A DNA stretch of 64,000 bases from an uncultured Candidatus Rokubacteria bacterium (GTDB taxonomy: Bacteria > Methylomirabilota > Methylomirabilia > Rokubacteriales > DASRDR01), in contig CAVPSB010000013.1 of assembly GCA_963708025.1 (NCBI GenBank), positions 643,564 through 707,563 of the forward strand, read 5' to 3'. Position numbers and translations under genes: made by a program. The notes below the pieces were generated by a model. It was not told the DNA's origin and made no database searches. It saw only the letters and a list, made by a program, of their open reading frames with translations. Positions 26,811-36,289 of this stretch are shown one piece after another. Every line of letters starts with the position of its first letter. Position 1 is the first letter of the stretch.

Positions 26811-27467
26811 ATGGAGCCGATCGCCGCCGTCAGGCCGGCGCGCCTGGTCAAGAGCTTCGCCCGGTCGGCGCTGGTCTCCGTCCCCGCCCAGGCCCTGCTC
26901 TGGTCGGCGATCCTCGCCCTGGCCGCGTCGCTCTACGCGCGCTCGGTCAGCGGGGGGAGCGTCTGGTCAACCGTGGCCGGCTGGTCGCTGGTCGGACTCT
27001 ACGTGACGATCGGACTCGTGGGCGGGGCCCTGGCCGGGTTCGTCACCGCCGCCGCCGGGGCTCTCACGGCCTTCGAAGCCGATCTGCGCCTCTGGCTGCC
27101 CCAGCTCCCGAGCAGCCGCTTCGAGGAGACGCTCCCCACCCTGCCGGTCCACGAGCTGCGGAGCCGCTACGAGCAGGTCATCGAGCGCGTGGTCCCGACG
27201 ACGGTCCGCCGCATTCGCCTGCCGGGATTCGTTCATCGGTACTTTCGCGCCAGGCTCCGCTATGCGCTGTTCGAGGACTTCCTCACCGACTGCGAGCGGC
27301 GCGGCGCCGGAACCGTCGGCTTCGTCGAGGTCCGGGACTGGCTGCTCTCCCGCGGCCTCACCCTCGCCACCGCCCCCGTCCACGCCCAGCTCCGGATGTG
27401 GCGCCTGATCCTGCGTGGCGCGCTCGTCCTCGTGGCCGCCGTCCCGCTCGTCCTCTGGCTCTTCTGA
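26811..27467 (+). CDS. hypothetical membrane protein
   Basis: Three hydrophobic segments, GC3-biased codons, ATG 7 nt after TATGAT. Confidence 0.65.
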   Translation: MEPIAAVRPARLVKSFARSALVSVPAQALLWSAILALAASLYARSVSGGSVWSTVAGWSLVGLYVTIGLVGGALAGFVTAAAGALTAFEADLRLWLPQLPSSRFEETLPTLPVHELRSRYEQVIERVVPTTVRRIRLPGFVHRYFRARLRYALFEDFLTDCERRGAGTVGFVEVRDWLLSRGLTLATAPVHAQLRMWRLILRGALVLVAAVPLVLWLF

Positions 27468-27496
27468 GAGCGTGTGAAGTAATGGGGTCATCCGAC

Positions 27497-27569
27497 TCCC
27501 CCCTTCCCCCAGCCAAAGGCCGAAGGCCGTCCGACAGTGGGGGAGGGGGGCCAAAGGCCGAAGGCCGTC
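27497..27569. repeat. composite repeat: two GCCAAAGGCCGAAGGCCGTC copies, the first nested in a C-rich/G-rich inverted repeat
   Basis: Exact 20-nt direct repeats at 27512 and 27550; same core at 44301 and 44350. Confidence 0.8.
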
Positions 27570-27615
27570 GAAGGATCGGGTGGGCGGGAGGTCCCGAATT
27601 GAGCTCCATCGACGG

Positions 27616-28662
27616 CTAGGGCTGGAGCAGCGCGGCCCGGCCGACCAGGGCGTTCTCGCGGAGGAGCCGGTGGGCCTCTTCGGCGCCCTCGAGCGGGAAC
27701 TCGCGCGTCACGATCGCCCGGATCCGCCGCTGGCGGAGCAGCTCCAGGGTCTGGGCGATCTCGGCCAGCGAGACGTAGCGCGAGCCGTGGATCTCGAGCG
27801 CCCGCTCGAGCATCCACCGGGGATCGACCTGGAAGGTCGGGTCCGCCCCGAACACCTCGGTCGGGCGGTGGCCGATGATGACCAGCCGGCCGCTGCGGGC
27901 CAGGGCGCGGACGCCCGCCTCGAGCGTCTCCCGGGAGGCGACCGTGTCGATGACGGCGTCCACCCCCCGGCCATCGGTGAGGGCGAGCACCTGGCTCGCC
28001 AGGTCCCCGCGCCGGCCGTCGATCAGCGCGTCCGCCCCTACTGCCCGGGCCATCTCGAGCTTCGGGTCGGTGAGGTCGGCGGCCAGGACCCACCCGCCGC
28101 AGAGCCGGGCCATCTGGACCGCGTGGATCCCCACCCCGCCGCCCGCCCCCACGATCAGGACCCGGTCGCCCGGCCCGATCCGGGCCTCCTCGCGGCAGGC
28201 GTGCAGCGGCGTGCAGATCGCGTCGGCGCCGATGGCCGCCTCGAGGTCCGAGACCCCCGGCGGGATGGGGCACAGGTTCACGGCCGGGATCGCCATGTAC
28301 TCGGCGTAGCCGCCGTCGCACGCCATCCCGACGTTGCCGCGGAAGGCCGGGCAGAGCGTCTCCCGGCCGCTGCGACAGTAGGGGCAGACCTTGCAGGTGA
28401 GGTAGAAGTGGCAGGTCACCCGGTCGCCGGCCTTGACGGTGGTGACCTCGGCGCCCACCTCGACCACCTCCCCGGCCACCTCGTGGCCGGGGATCCGCGG
28501 GAACGCGGTGACCCGGCCGGGCGCGGCGGTCATGATGACCACGGTGAGGCCGACCCCCGTGGCCCGCACCCGGAGCAGCGCGTCGTTCGGGCCGATCTTC
28601 GGGACCGGCACCTCCTCGAGGCGCAGCGGGCCCCCACGCTCCCGGAGCACCATGGCTCTCAT
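27616..28662 (-). CDS. zinc-binding MDR alcohol dehydrogenase family protein, atypical catalytic site
   Basis: GHEVAGEV, structural CKVCPYC-x7-C, GAGGGVG; GVGLTV in place of GxCxxD. Confidence 0.88.
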   Translation of the reverse strand: MRAMVLRERGGPLRLEEVPVPKIGPNDALLRVRATGVGLTVVIMTAAPGRVTAFPRIPGHEVAGEVVEVGAEVTTVKAGDRVTCHFYLTCKVCPYCRSGRETLCPAFRGNVGMACDGGYAEYMAIPAVNLCPIPPGVSDLEAAIGADAICTPLHACREEARIGPGDRVLIVGAGGGVGIHAVQMARLCGGWVLAADLTDPKLEMARAVGADALIDGRRGDLASQVLALTDGRGVDAVIDTVASRETLEAGVRALARSGRLVIIGHRPTEVFGADPTFQVDPRWMLERALEIHGSRYVSLAEIAQTLELLRQRRIRAIVTREFPLEGAEEAHRLLRENALVGRAALLQP

Positions 28663-28806
28663 CGGTCCGCCCTCCCCTCGCTCATGCGCCGAGCGTAGTA
28701 CGGACCCGGCACCGGGGCAATCGAGCCCGGAGCGCCGCCCGGGCGCTCGCCACGCCACGTTGCCCGAGGTCCGACGGTTCGGCTATCCTACGCCTACTTG
28801 CCAGAC

Positions 28807-29093
28807 ATGAACCGGTCCGTTGATTGCCGGGAGCACGGGCGGCAAGCCGAGACGTTCGTTTGCCGGCACATCGTGGACAGCCTCTACACGCGGGAGGCGG
28901 CTTCCACTGGCCCGCTTCCGCCGACGAGCCGCGTCCGGATGCCTGGTACTCGGAATGCGAACGGGCCCGTGTGGACGGTGGTGGTGAATGGACGGACGAG
29001 GTGCTGTCGTTTGTGTCCGTCCAGCTTCTTTGCGGCGCATGCTACGACACGGCGAAAGCCATCTGGCTCCGGGCGTGCGCGGCCGACGCATGA
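28807..29093 (+). CDS. small Cys/His-rich hypothetical protein (frameshift near 28885)
   Basis: CREHG..TFVCRH in one frame joins GFHW..RPDAW..CE..GEW..LLCGACY in another. Confidence 0.55.
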
Positions 29094-29177
29094 GCCTTCC
29101 AGCTCAGCTTCCAGTGGCCAGGCGGCGCCGCGGATGAGTGCCCGGTCGTGCCCCGGCATTTCGAGGGATCGCGCCCG

Positions 29178-29990
29178 GTGACCACCAGGCACGAGTACGT
29201 ACACGGATACTCCGGCGCCGAGCAGACTCGGCTCGTCGATCAGGCGAGCACGCTGACGGAGCTCCTGCACTCCGACACGTGCTACCCGTCGGGAAGTCTC
29301 ATTCTCGAGGCGGGGTGTGGCGTCGGTGCCCAGACCGTCACGCTGGCGACGCGCAGCTCCGGGGCCACCATCCTTTCGGTGGACATCTCGGCCGACTCGC
29401 TGGCCGCGGCACGGGAAAGGGTGAGATCGGCCGGGATCACGAACGTCGTGTTCGAGCAGGCCGACCTCTACGCCCTGCCGTTCCGGGCCGCGAGCTTCGA
29501 CCACGTGTTCGTGTGTTTCGTGCTCGAACACCTCGCCCGGCCCCAGCAGGCGATCGCCGGCCTGCTGAGGGTGCTGACGCCAGGGGGCACCATCACCGTC
29601 ATCGAAGGGGATCACGGCTCGGCATACTTCCACCCCGAGAGTCGACACGCCCGGAGGACCATCCAGTGCCTGATCGAGCTCCAGGCCCGCGCGGGCGGCG
29701 ACTCGCTCATCGGACGCTCGCTGTACCCGCTCCTGACGCGGGCAGGACTCTCGAGCGTCGAGGTGTCGCCCCGAATGGTCTACGTCGATGCCAGCCGACC
29801 GCAGCTCGTCGAGGGATTCACCAGGAAGACGTTCACGGCGATGGTCGAGGGGGTCGGCCAGCGTGCCATCGAGGGTGGATTGATCGACGAGGCGACGTGG
29901 AAGCAGGGGATCCGGGATCTGTACCGGACGGCGGAGGCCGACGGGACGTTCTGCTACACCTTCTTCAAGGCCGTGGCCCACAAGCCCTGA
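29178..29990 (+). CDS. class I SAM-dependent methyltransferase
   Basis: LEAGCGVG, VDIS, FDHVFVCFVLEHL, L.PGG. Confidence 0.9.
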   Translation: MTTRHEYVHGYSGAEQTRLVDQASTLTELLHSDTCYPSGSLILEAGCGVGAQTVTLATRSSGATILSVDISADSLAAARERVRSAGITNVVFEQADLYALPFRAASFDHVFVCFVLEHLARPQQAIAGLLRVLTPGGTITVIEGDHGSAYFHPESRHARRTIQCLIELQARAGGDSLIGRSLYPLLTRAGLSSVEVSPRMVYVDASRPQLVEGFTRKTFTAMVEGVGQRAIEGGLIDEATWKQGIRDLYRTAEADGTFCYTFFKAVAHKP

Positions 29991-30065
29991 GGGACTGACC
30001 ATTCGTTCCAACTCGCGCGCCACCGCGCCGCCCAACGAACGCGTTGGCGGATCACGGGAGCGCAT

Positions 30066-30548
30066 GTGATTCTTGTGACGATCGATACCAACATCCTTCC
30101 CGCCGACGATCTTGTCGCGGCTGTGCGCTCGGGTGAGTTCGAGTTTTCCGTGGTGTCGGTGACAGATCGCGAAGCCGATGCCTCCCCTCAGCTAGCGGCC
30201 CCGTCGTCCATGGGCCGAGTTCCCGAGACCAGCGTCTGGGGGGAATCACCATGGGGCAATGCGGTCTGGGGCAACTCGGCCGACAGCGACCGCCTGGAAA
30301 GGGTTCTGTTGATTGTTGGAGCTGGGAGCTTCCCGCCGCCAAATCAACGAGCGAGTCTGACGGACGGCCAGCGCCGGCAACTTCGAGATGCCATGATCTT
30401 CTGCGCCCATGTGCGAGCAGGCAGGCACATTTTCGTCACCAACGACGAGCGAGGTTTCGTCCGAGGCGGACGGCGCGAGCAACTCGAACAAGCCTTCGGG
30501 ACCCGCCTTATGACCCGTGATGAGTTCCGAGCGGAGTTCGCACCATGA
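30066..30548 (+). CDS. PIN-like domain protein
   Basis: IDTNIL start, RDAMI, FVTND acidic motifs; lower GC. Confidence 0.65.
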   Translation: MILVTIDTNILPADDLVAAVRSGEFEFSVVSVTDREADASPQLAAPSSMGRVPETSVWGESPWGNAVWGNSADSDRLERVLLIVGAGSFPPPNQRASLTDGQRRQLRDAMIFCAHVRAGRHIFVTNDERGFVRGGRREQLEQAFGTRLMTRDEFRAEFAP

Positions 30549-30672
30549 TGCCCCGCGGCACGTTGGAGCGGACCACTCTTGCATTTGCTCGTAGTATGGC
30601 TCTGACGCCGGAGCAATCGGGCCGGGGTGCCGCCCGGGCTCTCGCCTGACACTCCCGGCCCGGAGGTCGCCC

Positions 30673-31368
30673 ATGGATGCGTCCGCCCGCGAGCCCGAGG
30701 CCGAGCGCCTGCCCACCCGCGAGGGCTACGACCGCTGGGCCACGATCTACGATGACGAGGACAACCCGCTCATCGTCCTAGAGGAGCCGCTCGTCAGCGA
30801 GCTGCTGGGCGACACGCGCGGGCTGGACGTGGCCGACCTCGGCTGCGGGACGGGGCGGCACGCGGTGCCGCTGGCGCGGGCGGGAGCCCGCGTGACCGCG
30901 CTGGACTTCGCCGACGAGATGGTGGCCCGGGCGCGCGCCAAGCCGGGCTGGGAGCAGGTCCGCTTCATCTCCCACGATCTCGCCCGGCCCCTTCCGCTGC
31001 CCGACCGGTCCTTCGACCGGGTCCTGAGCTGCCTCGTCCTGGAGCACCTCGCCGATCTCGACGCCTTCTTCGGCGAGTGCCGGCGGATCTGCCGTCCCGA
31101 TGGCTTCGTCCTGGTCTCGGCCATGCACCCGGCCATGATGCTGCTCGGGCTCCAGGCGCGTTTCACCGATCCCGCCACCGGCCGGCGCGTCTACCCCCGG
31201 AGCCACCCCAACCGGATCGCCGACTGCGTCATGGGCGCCCTCCGCGCCGGGCTCGCGTTGGAGCACCTGAGCGAGCACGCCGTCGAGGCGGACCTGGTGG
31301 CCCGCTCGCCGCGAGCCGCCAAGTACCTCGGCTGGCCCATGCTGCTCCTCATGCGCCTCCGGCCGTGA
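30673..31368 (+). CDS. class I SAM-dependent methyltransferase
   Basis: YDRWA.IYD, DLGCGTGRH, FDRVLSCLVLEH; GGAGG RBS. Confidence 0.9.
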   Translation: MDASAREPEAERLPTREGYDRWATIYDDEDNPLIVLEEPLVSELLGDTRGLDVADLGCGTGRHAVPLARAGARVTALDFADEMVARARAKPGWEQVRFISHDLARPLPLPDRSFDRVLSCLVLEHLADLDAFFGECRRICRPDGFVLVSAMHPAMMLLGLQARFTDPATGRRVYPRSHPNRIADCVMGALRAGLALEHLSEHAVEADLVARSPRAAKYLGWPMLLLMRLRP

Positions 31369-31418
31369 GGCGGCGCGCTACCTCCCCGGCATCCCGCGTG
31401 TGCGCGACTCCGGAGTCC

Positions 31419-32174
31419 CTACCCCGTCCCGGTCCCCAGGTAGATCTCCTGGACCAGGGGGTCGGCCTTGACCGCCTGGCCCACCCCGTCGGCGACCACC
31501 TTCCCGAAGTGGAGGACGGTGATCCGGTCGGTCAGCTCGAAGGCGACGTCCATGTCGTGCTCGATGATCATGATGGTCATGGCCGGGTCGAGCCGCTTCA
31601 GGAGCGCGGTCATCAGGTGCGACTCGGCCGGCGACAGGCCGGCGGTCGGCTCGTCGAGCAACAGGAGCTTCGGGGTGCCGGCCAGCGCCAGGGCGATCTC
31701 GAGCTGACGCTGCTCGCCGTGGGAGAGGTTGCGGACGATCTCCGCCTCCTTGCCCTCGAGCCCCACCGCGGCCAGCACCGCCCGCGCCCGCTCGAAGAGC
31801 GCGGGGTAGCGAGCCAGAGCGCGGTGGAGGTGGAACTTCGACGGCGAGAGGGCCTGGGTCGCCAGCACGCTGTTTTCCAGGACGGTGAGGCGCGGGAAGA
31901 GGTTCGTGATCTGGTAGGTGCGCCCGAGCCCGAGGGCGGCCCGGCGGTGCGGCGCGAGGCGGGTGACGTCCCGGCCGAAGAGCGTGATCCGGCCTTCGCT
32001 CGGCGGCAGCTCTCCGCTGATCAGGTTGAAGAGCGTGGTCTTCCCGGCGCCGTTGGGGCCGATGAGGGCCCGGCGCTCGCCGGCCCGCACCTCCAGGCTG
32101 ACGCCGTCCACCGCGCGCAGCCCGCCGAAGGCCCGCGACACGCCGGCCAGCGTCAGCGCCGGGTCAATGCTCAA
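31419..32174 (-). CDS. branched-chain amino acid ABC transporter ATP-binding protein (LivG-like)
   Basis: GPNGAGKTT, LSHGEQR, LLLLDEPTAG, IIEHDMD; TTG start overlaps the upstream TGA. Confidence 0.9.
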   Translation of the reverse strand: MSIDPALTLAGVSRAFGGLRAVDGVSLEVRAGERRALIGPNGAGKTTLFNLISGELPPSEGRITLFGRDVTRLAPHRRAALGLGRTYQITNLFPRLTVLENSVLATQALSPSKFHLHRALARYPALFERARAVLAAVGLEGKEAEIVRNLSHGEQRQLEIALALAGTPKLLLLDEPTAGLSPAESHLMTALLKRLDPAMTIMIIEHDMDVAFELTDRITVLHFGKVVADGVGQAVKADPLVQEIYLGTGTG

Positions 32175-32497
32175 TCGAACGGCCACTCCCCCGGCTCGAC
32201 CTCGACGAGGTCCGCCACCGGCAGCGTGCCGAGCAACCCCACGAGGACCGGGTCGATCGACGATCGGTGCTGGCGGGACCCCGAGGCGATCTCGACCAGG
32301 CAGCGATACCCCGGTCCCTCTGGCGGCTTCCGCTCGTAGAGGCAGATCCTCGCGTGGTCGTCGGGCCGGCACTGGAGGAAGTCCGGGTACCACGCGCAGT
32401 CCCGGATCCCCCAGCGCCACGGCCCCGAGCGGTCGAGGATCGCCTCCATCTCGGAGAGCGACCGTCCGCAGGAAAACTCGTAGGCCCAGGCTGACAC
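32171..32497 (-). CDS. hypothetical protein
   Basis: 108-aa ORF filling the gap between SBP and ATPase genes, coupled by TTGA overlap. Confidence 0.6.
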   Translation of the reverse strand: MSAWAYEFSCGRSLSEMEAILDRSGPWRWGIRDCAWYPDFLQCRPDDHARICLYERKPPEGPGYRCLVEIASGSRQHRSSIDPVLVGLLGTLPVADLVEVEPGEWPFD

Positions 32498-32551
32498 GTC
32501 CCGGCTATCGAGGGGAGGCCTCGGAGAGGGTTCCGAGGCCCCCCGACTTCC

Positions 32552-34765
32552 TCAGCAGTGTTTGCACGGCGGGTAGTCGCGGCTGTACACGGGCTCCTTC
32601 AGGAACGCGTCCGGCGGGTACTTCCAGAACTGGGAGACGGCCGGGAACGTCTGGATCACGGTGTTCCACAGCTCGCCGTCCTTCTTCTCGACCTTCCGGA
32701 CGTAGATGTTCTGGACCGGGTTGCCGTGGGCGTCGAGCTTGATCGGGCCCCGGGGGGCGTCGGGGATCTCCACCTTCTTGAGAGCGGTCAGGAAGCGGTC
32801 GCGATCCTCGACGTTGCCGCCGACGGCCTTGGCGCCCTCGTTGATCCACCGGGCGGCCGTGTAGCACGTCTCCGCGTAGTAGCCGGGGACCTTCCCGAAC
32901 TTGGCCCGGAACTCCTTGACGAACTTCCGGTTCACCGGGGTGTCCAGCGCTGCGCTGTAGATGAGCGGGCTGATCCCGCCGATCGCCTCGTCCCCCAGGG
33001 ACGGCAGGACGAACTCGTCGAACGACGTGCCGCCCCCGATGAGCGGGAGCCGCTCCTTGAGCCCGGCGTCCTGGTACTGCTTGGGGAAGCGGAGGGACGA
33101 CGCCGCGACCATGACGGCGAAGACGGCGTCGGCGTCCCGGCGGATCTGGGCCAGGTACGGCGCGAAGTCGGTGGTGCCGAGCGGCGGCCACAGCTTCTGG
33201 ATCACCTGCCCGCCCGACTCCTCGAAGGTGCGCTGGAAGCCCGAGACCTGCTCCCAGCCGAACGCGTAGTCCATGCCGACGGTCACGACCTTCTTGTAGC
33301 CGAGGGTCTTGACCACCCACTCCCCGAACGGCTGGTTGGGCTGGCTCGAGGTCCACCCGGTCCGGATCACCCACGGGGAGGGCTTCCGCTGGGTGAGGTC
33401 GTCGGCGGAGACGACCGGGTAGAGCATGGGGACCCGGTACTCGTCCACCTTCGGCGCCAGGGCATAGCCGACGTGGGCGAAGAGCAGGCCGGCCAGGACG
33501 TGGACCCGGTCGCTCTCCACGAGCTTCCGGAGCTTGGTGAGCGCGATCGCCGGCTGGCCCTGGGTGTCCTCGACGATCACCTCGACCTTGCGACCGGCGA
33601 TCTGGTTGCCGATCTCGTCCAGGTACATCGCGAAGCCGTTGGTCATGTCCTTGCCGACGGCGGCGGCGCCGCCGGTCATCGGCGCCAGGAAGCCGACCTT
33701 GATCGGCGGCTTCTGGGCCCAGACGGACCCCGCCCCCCCTGCGGTCACCACGACCAGCACTGCCACTGTCAGCGCGCCGAGTCTCTTGCCCATGACGGAC
33801 CTCCCGCGTTGCGTGAGCTGCCGGACCGCCCCCGTGATCCCCTCGGGGGCGTAGACGATGGTGCCGATGTAGACCGCGCCCAGGATCAGGAGCCAGCGGT
33901 GCGTGTAGACGCTGACGAGGTTCTTGAGGAGGACGATCACGAAGGCGCCCAGCGCCGGCCCGACCAGGGTCCCGCGCCCCCCCAGGGCGACCATGAGCAG
34001 GACCTCGACCGAGGTGGCCAGCTCCACGTCGGCCGGGCTCACGAAGCCGTTGTAGTAGGCCCAGAGCACGCCGGCGAAGCCGCCGATCCCGCCCGCGATG
34101 ACGAAGCCGATGTACTTGTGCAGCCACACGTGGTACCCGAGCGTCCGCATCCGGGACTCGCTCTCCCGGATGCCGACCAGGCTCTGCCCGAACGGCGAGC
34201 GCACGATCACCCGGAGCAGCATGAAGGCGATCGCGAAGCCGACCAGCACGAAATAGTAGAAGGGGAGCGGGCGGGTCAGCGACCACGGCGGGCCCCACGC
34301 CCCGAACAGATCGGGCCGGGGCACGCCCGAGATGCCGTTGTCTCCCTGGGTCAGGGTCACCCAGCGGTGGGCGAGACCCCAGACGGTCATCCCCAGAGCC
34401 AGCGTGATCATGAGGAAGTAGACGCCGGTGGCGCGGAGGGCCACCAGGCCGAAGACGCCGGCGACTACCAGGGCCAGCCCGACCCCGACGGCCACGGTGA
34501 GCCAGAAGCCCGCCCCGTAGCGCGTGGTCAGCACCCCCACGCTGTAGGCCCCGAGCCCCAGGTAAGCGGCGTGCCCCAGCGAGGAGAGCCCCAGGTACCC
34601 GAGCAGGAGGTTCAGGCTCATGGCCAGGATGGCGTAGATGAGCGCCTGGGTGACGAGCGTCAGGTGGTACGAGGAGAGGAGCGGCGGGGCCAGCGTGAGC
34701 AGGGCCACGACGAGGGCCAGCCCGAGCGTGCGGCCGGACGCGAGCGCCGACCCCGGGCCGCTCAT
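32552..34765 (-). CDS. LivM-type permease fused in frame to a LivJ-type substrate-binding protein (internal start at 33793)
   Basis: SLGHAAY, GVYFLMITLA, SPFG...RE.E.R, PEGI permease motifs; then GGGAGG-ATG, signal peptide and IKVGFLAPMTG SBP. Confidence 0.85.
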   Translation of the reverse strand: MSGPGSALASGRTLGLALVVALLTLAPPLLSSYHLTLVTQALIYAILAMSLNLLLGYLGLSSLGHAAYLGLGAYSVGVLTTRYGAGFWLTVAVGVGLALVVAGVFGLVALRATGVYFLMITLALGMTVWGLAHRWVTLTQGDNGISGVPRPDLFGAWGPPWSLTRPLPFYYFVLVGFAIAFMLLRVIVRSPFGQSLVGIRESESRMRTLGYHVWLHKYIGFVIAGGIGGFAGVLWAYYNGFVSPADVELATSVEVLLMVALGGRGTLVGPALGAFVIVLLKNLVSVYTHRWLLILGAVYIGTIVYAPEGITGAVRQLTQRGRSVMGKRLGALTVAVLVVVTAGGAGSVWAQKPPIKVGFLAPMTGGAAAVGKDMTNGFAMYLDEIGNQIAGRKVEVIVEDTQGQPAIALTKLRKLVESDRVHVLAGLLFAHVGYALAPKVDEYRVPMLYPVVSADDLTQRKPSPWVIRTGWTSSQPNQPFGEWVVKTLGYKKVVTVGMDYAFGWEQVSGFQRTFEESGGQVIQKLWPPLGTTDFAPYLAQIRRDADAVFAVMVAASSLRFPKQYQDAGLKERLPLIGGGTSFDEFVLPSLGDEAIGGISPLIYSAALDTPVNRKFVKEFRAKFGKVPGYYAETCYTAARWINEGAKAVGGNVEDRDRFLTALKKVEIPDAPRGPIKLDAHGNPVQNIYVRKVEKKDGELWNTVIQTFPAVSQFWKYPPDAFLKEPVYSRDYPPCKHC

Positions 34766-34940
34766 GCTCGGCCGGATGCGGACAGCCCGGGGGCCCCGGA
34801 GCCACCCGGTCGGGACGTGCGGGGCCCGGGCCCTCGCGGCGCCGGAGCGGTCGCGACGGCGTCACGCTTCACGGTAGACGGCACGTTACCCTGACGGACC
34901 CGGCCATGTCGAGGGGCACCATTTCTGATCCGAGGAGGTT

Positions 34941-35171
34941 TCAGCCTGCCAGGTCCTCACCGAAGAAGTGGCGACGGGCCGCGTCATCGGCGACGAGGCC
35001 GTCGGCGCCGTAGGCCCGAATCCGGTTGAACCCGCCGATGGTGGGATCGAGCTCCCGGGCGCGCGCGGCTCGCTCGCGCCGACGATCCGCCTCGGGCCCT
35101 CGATCGATCATCAGCATGGTGAGCCAGCGCGCGTAGGCTCGGAACACTTCGAAGTAGCGTCTTCGCCGCAT
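34941..35171 (-). CDS. hypothetical protein
   Basis: 76-aa ORF in an otherwise empty gap; no recognisable motif. Confidence 0.3.
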   Translation of the reverse strand: MRRRRYFEVFRAYARWLTMLMIDRGPEADRRRERAARARELDPTIGGFNRIRAYGADGLVADDAARRHFFGEDLAG

Positions 35172-35260
35172 CTCGTCAGTGGCAGGATGGTGCTGGCTCA
35201 GCGACGCGTCACGCTCATGGGCGACCGGCGCGGCTTCGTCAAGGCGCGGGCCGCCTCCCG

Positions 35261-36268
35261 TCAGGCCGACGCCAGCCCCCGGATGACCGCCTCCGTGAAC
35301 TCAGTCGTGGTGGCGGCCCCCCCGAGATCGCGCGTCCGGACGCGGCCGTCGGCGAGGACCCGCTCCAGCGCGGCCTGGATGCGGGCGGCGGCGCCCCGCT
35401 CGCCGAGGTGCGCGAGCATGAGGACGGCGGTCTGGATCATCGCCGTCGGGTTCGCCAGGTTCCGGCCGGCGATGTCCGGGGCGGCCCCGTGCACGGCCTC
35501 GAAGACGGCGACGTGCTCGCCGAGGTTCGCGCCCGGCACCACGCCGAGACCGCCCACCAGCCCGGCGCCGAGGTCGGAGACGATGTCCCCGTAGAGGTTC
35601 TCGAGCAGCAGGACGTCGAACTGGCCAGGATCCATCACGAGCTGCATGCAGGTGTTGTCCACGATCAGATCGGTGGCCTCGATCTCCGGGTACTCGCGCG
35701 CGACCTCCTGGAAGCAGCGCAGGAAGAGCCCGTCCGACATCTTCATGATGTTCGCCTTGTGGACGGCCGTGACCTTCCGCCGCCCTTCCCGGCGGGCGTA
35801 CTCCAGAGCGAACCGGGCGATCCGGCGCGACGCCCGGTCGCTGATGATCTTGAGGCTCTCCACCACGCCCGGGACCACTTCGTGCTCGAGGCCCGAGTAG
35901 AGGTCTTCGGTGTTCTCGCGCACGACGACCAGGTCGACGTTCTCGTAGCGCGAGGGCACGCCGCGCAGCGACTTGATCGGCCGCAGGTTGGCGTACAGGT
36001 CGAGCTCCTTGCGCAATCGCACGTTGACGCTGGCGAACCCGGTCCCGATCGGGGTGGTGAGCGGGCCCTTGAAGGCCACCCTGGTGCGCCGGATCGCGTC
36101 GAGAAGGTCCCGGGGCAGCGGGTCGCCGTGACGGGCCAGCGCCTCGGCGCCGGCCGCGAAGGACTCCCACTCGACGGGGACGCCGGCGGCCTGGATGACC
36201 GCGACGGCGGCGCCGGTGACCTCGGGCCCGATGCCATCGCCGGGGATCAACGTGACCGCGTGCCCCAT
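35261..36268 (-). CDS. icd: NAD-dependent isocitrate dehydrogenase (isocitrate/isopropylmalate DH family)
   Basis: IPGDGIGPEV, SVNVRLRK..ANLRP, RENTEDLY, VHKANIMK, NLYGDIVSD, HGAAPDIAG. Confidence 0.8.
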   Translation of the reverse strand: MGHAVTLIPGDGIGPEVTGAAVAVIQAAGVPVEWESFAAGAEALARHGDPLPRDLLDAIRRTRVAFKGPLTTPIGTGFASVNVRLRKELDLYANLRPIKSLRGVPSRYENVDLVVVRENTEDLYSGLEHEVVPGVVESLKIISDRASRRIARFALEYARREGRRKVTAVHKANIMKMSDGLFLRCFQEVAREYPEIEATDLIVDNTCMQLVMDPGQFDVLLLENLYGDIVSDLGAGLVGGLGVVPGANLGEHVAVFEAVHGAAPDIAGRNLANPTAMIQTAVLMLAHLGERGAAARIQAALERVLADGRVRTRDLGGAATTTEFTEAVIRGLASA

Positions 36269-36289
36269 CCCCTTCCCTCTGCCCGGCGG

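Noticed and set aside
27512-27569. Direct repeats with short spacers resembling a mini-CRISPR (also 44301-44368)
   Set aside because: Only two copies per locus, repeats about 20 nt, spacers form hairpins, no cas genes; REP-like instead
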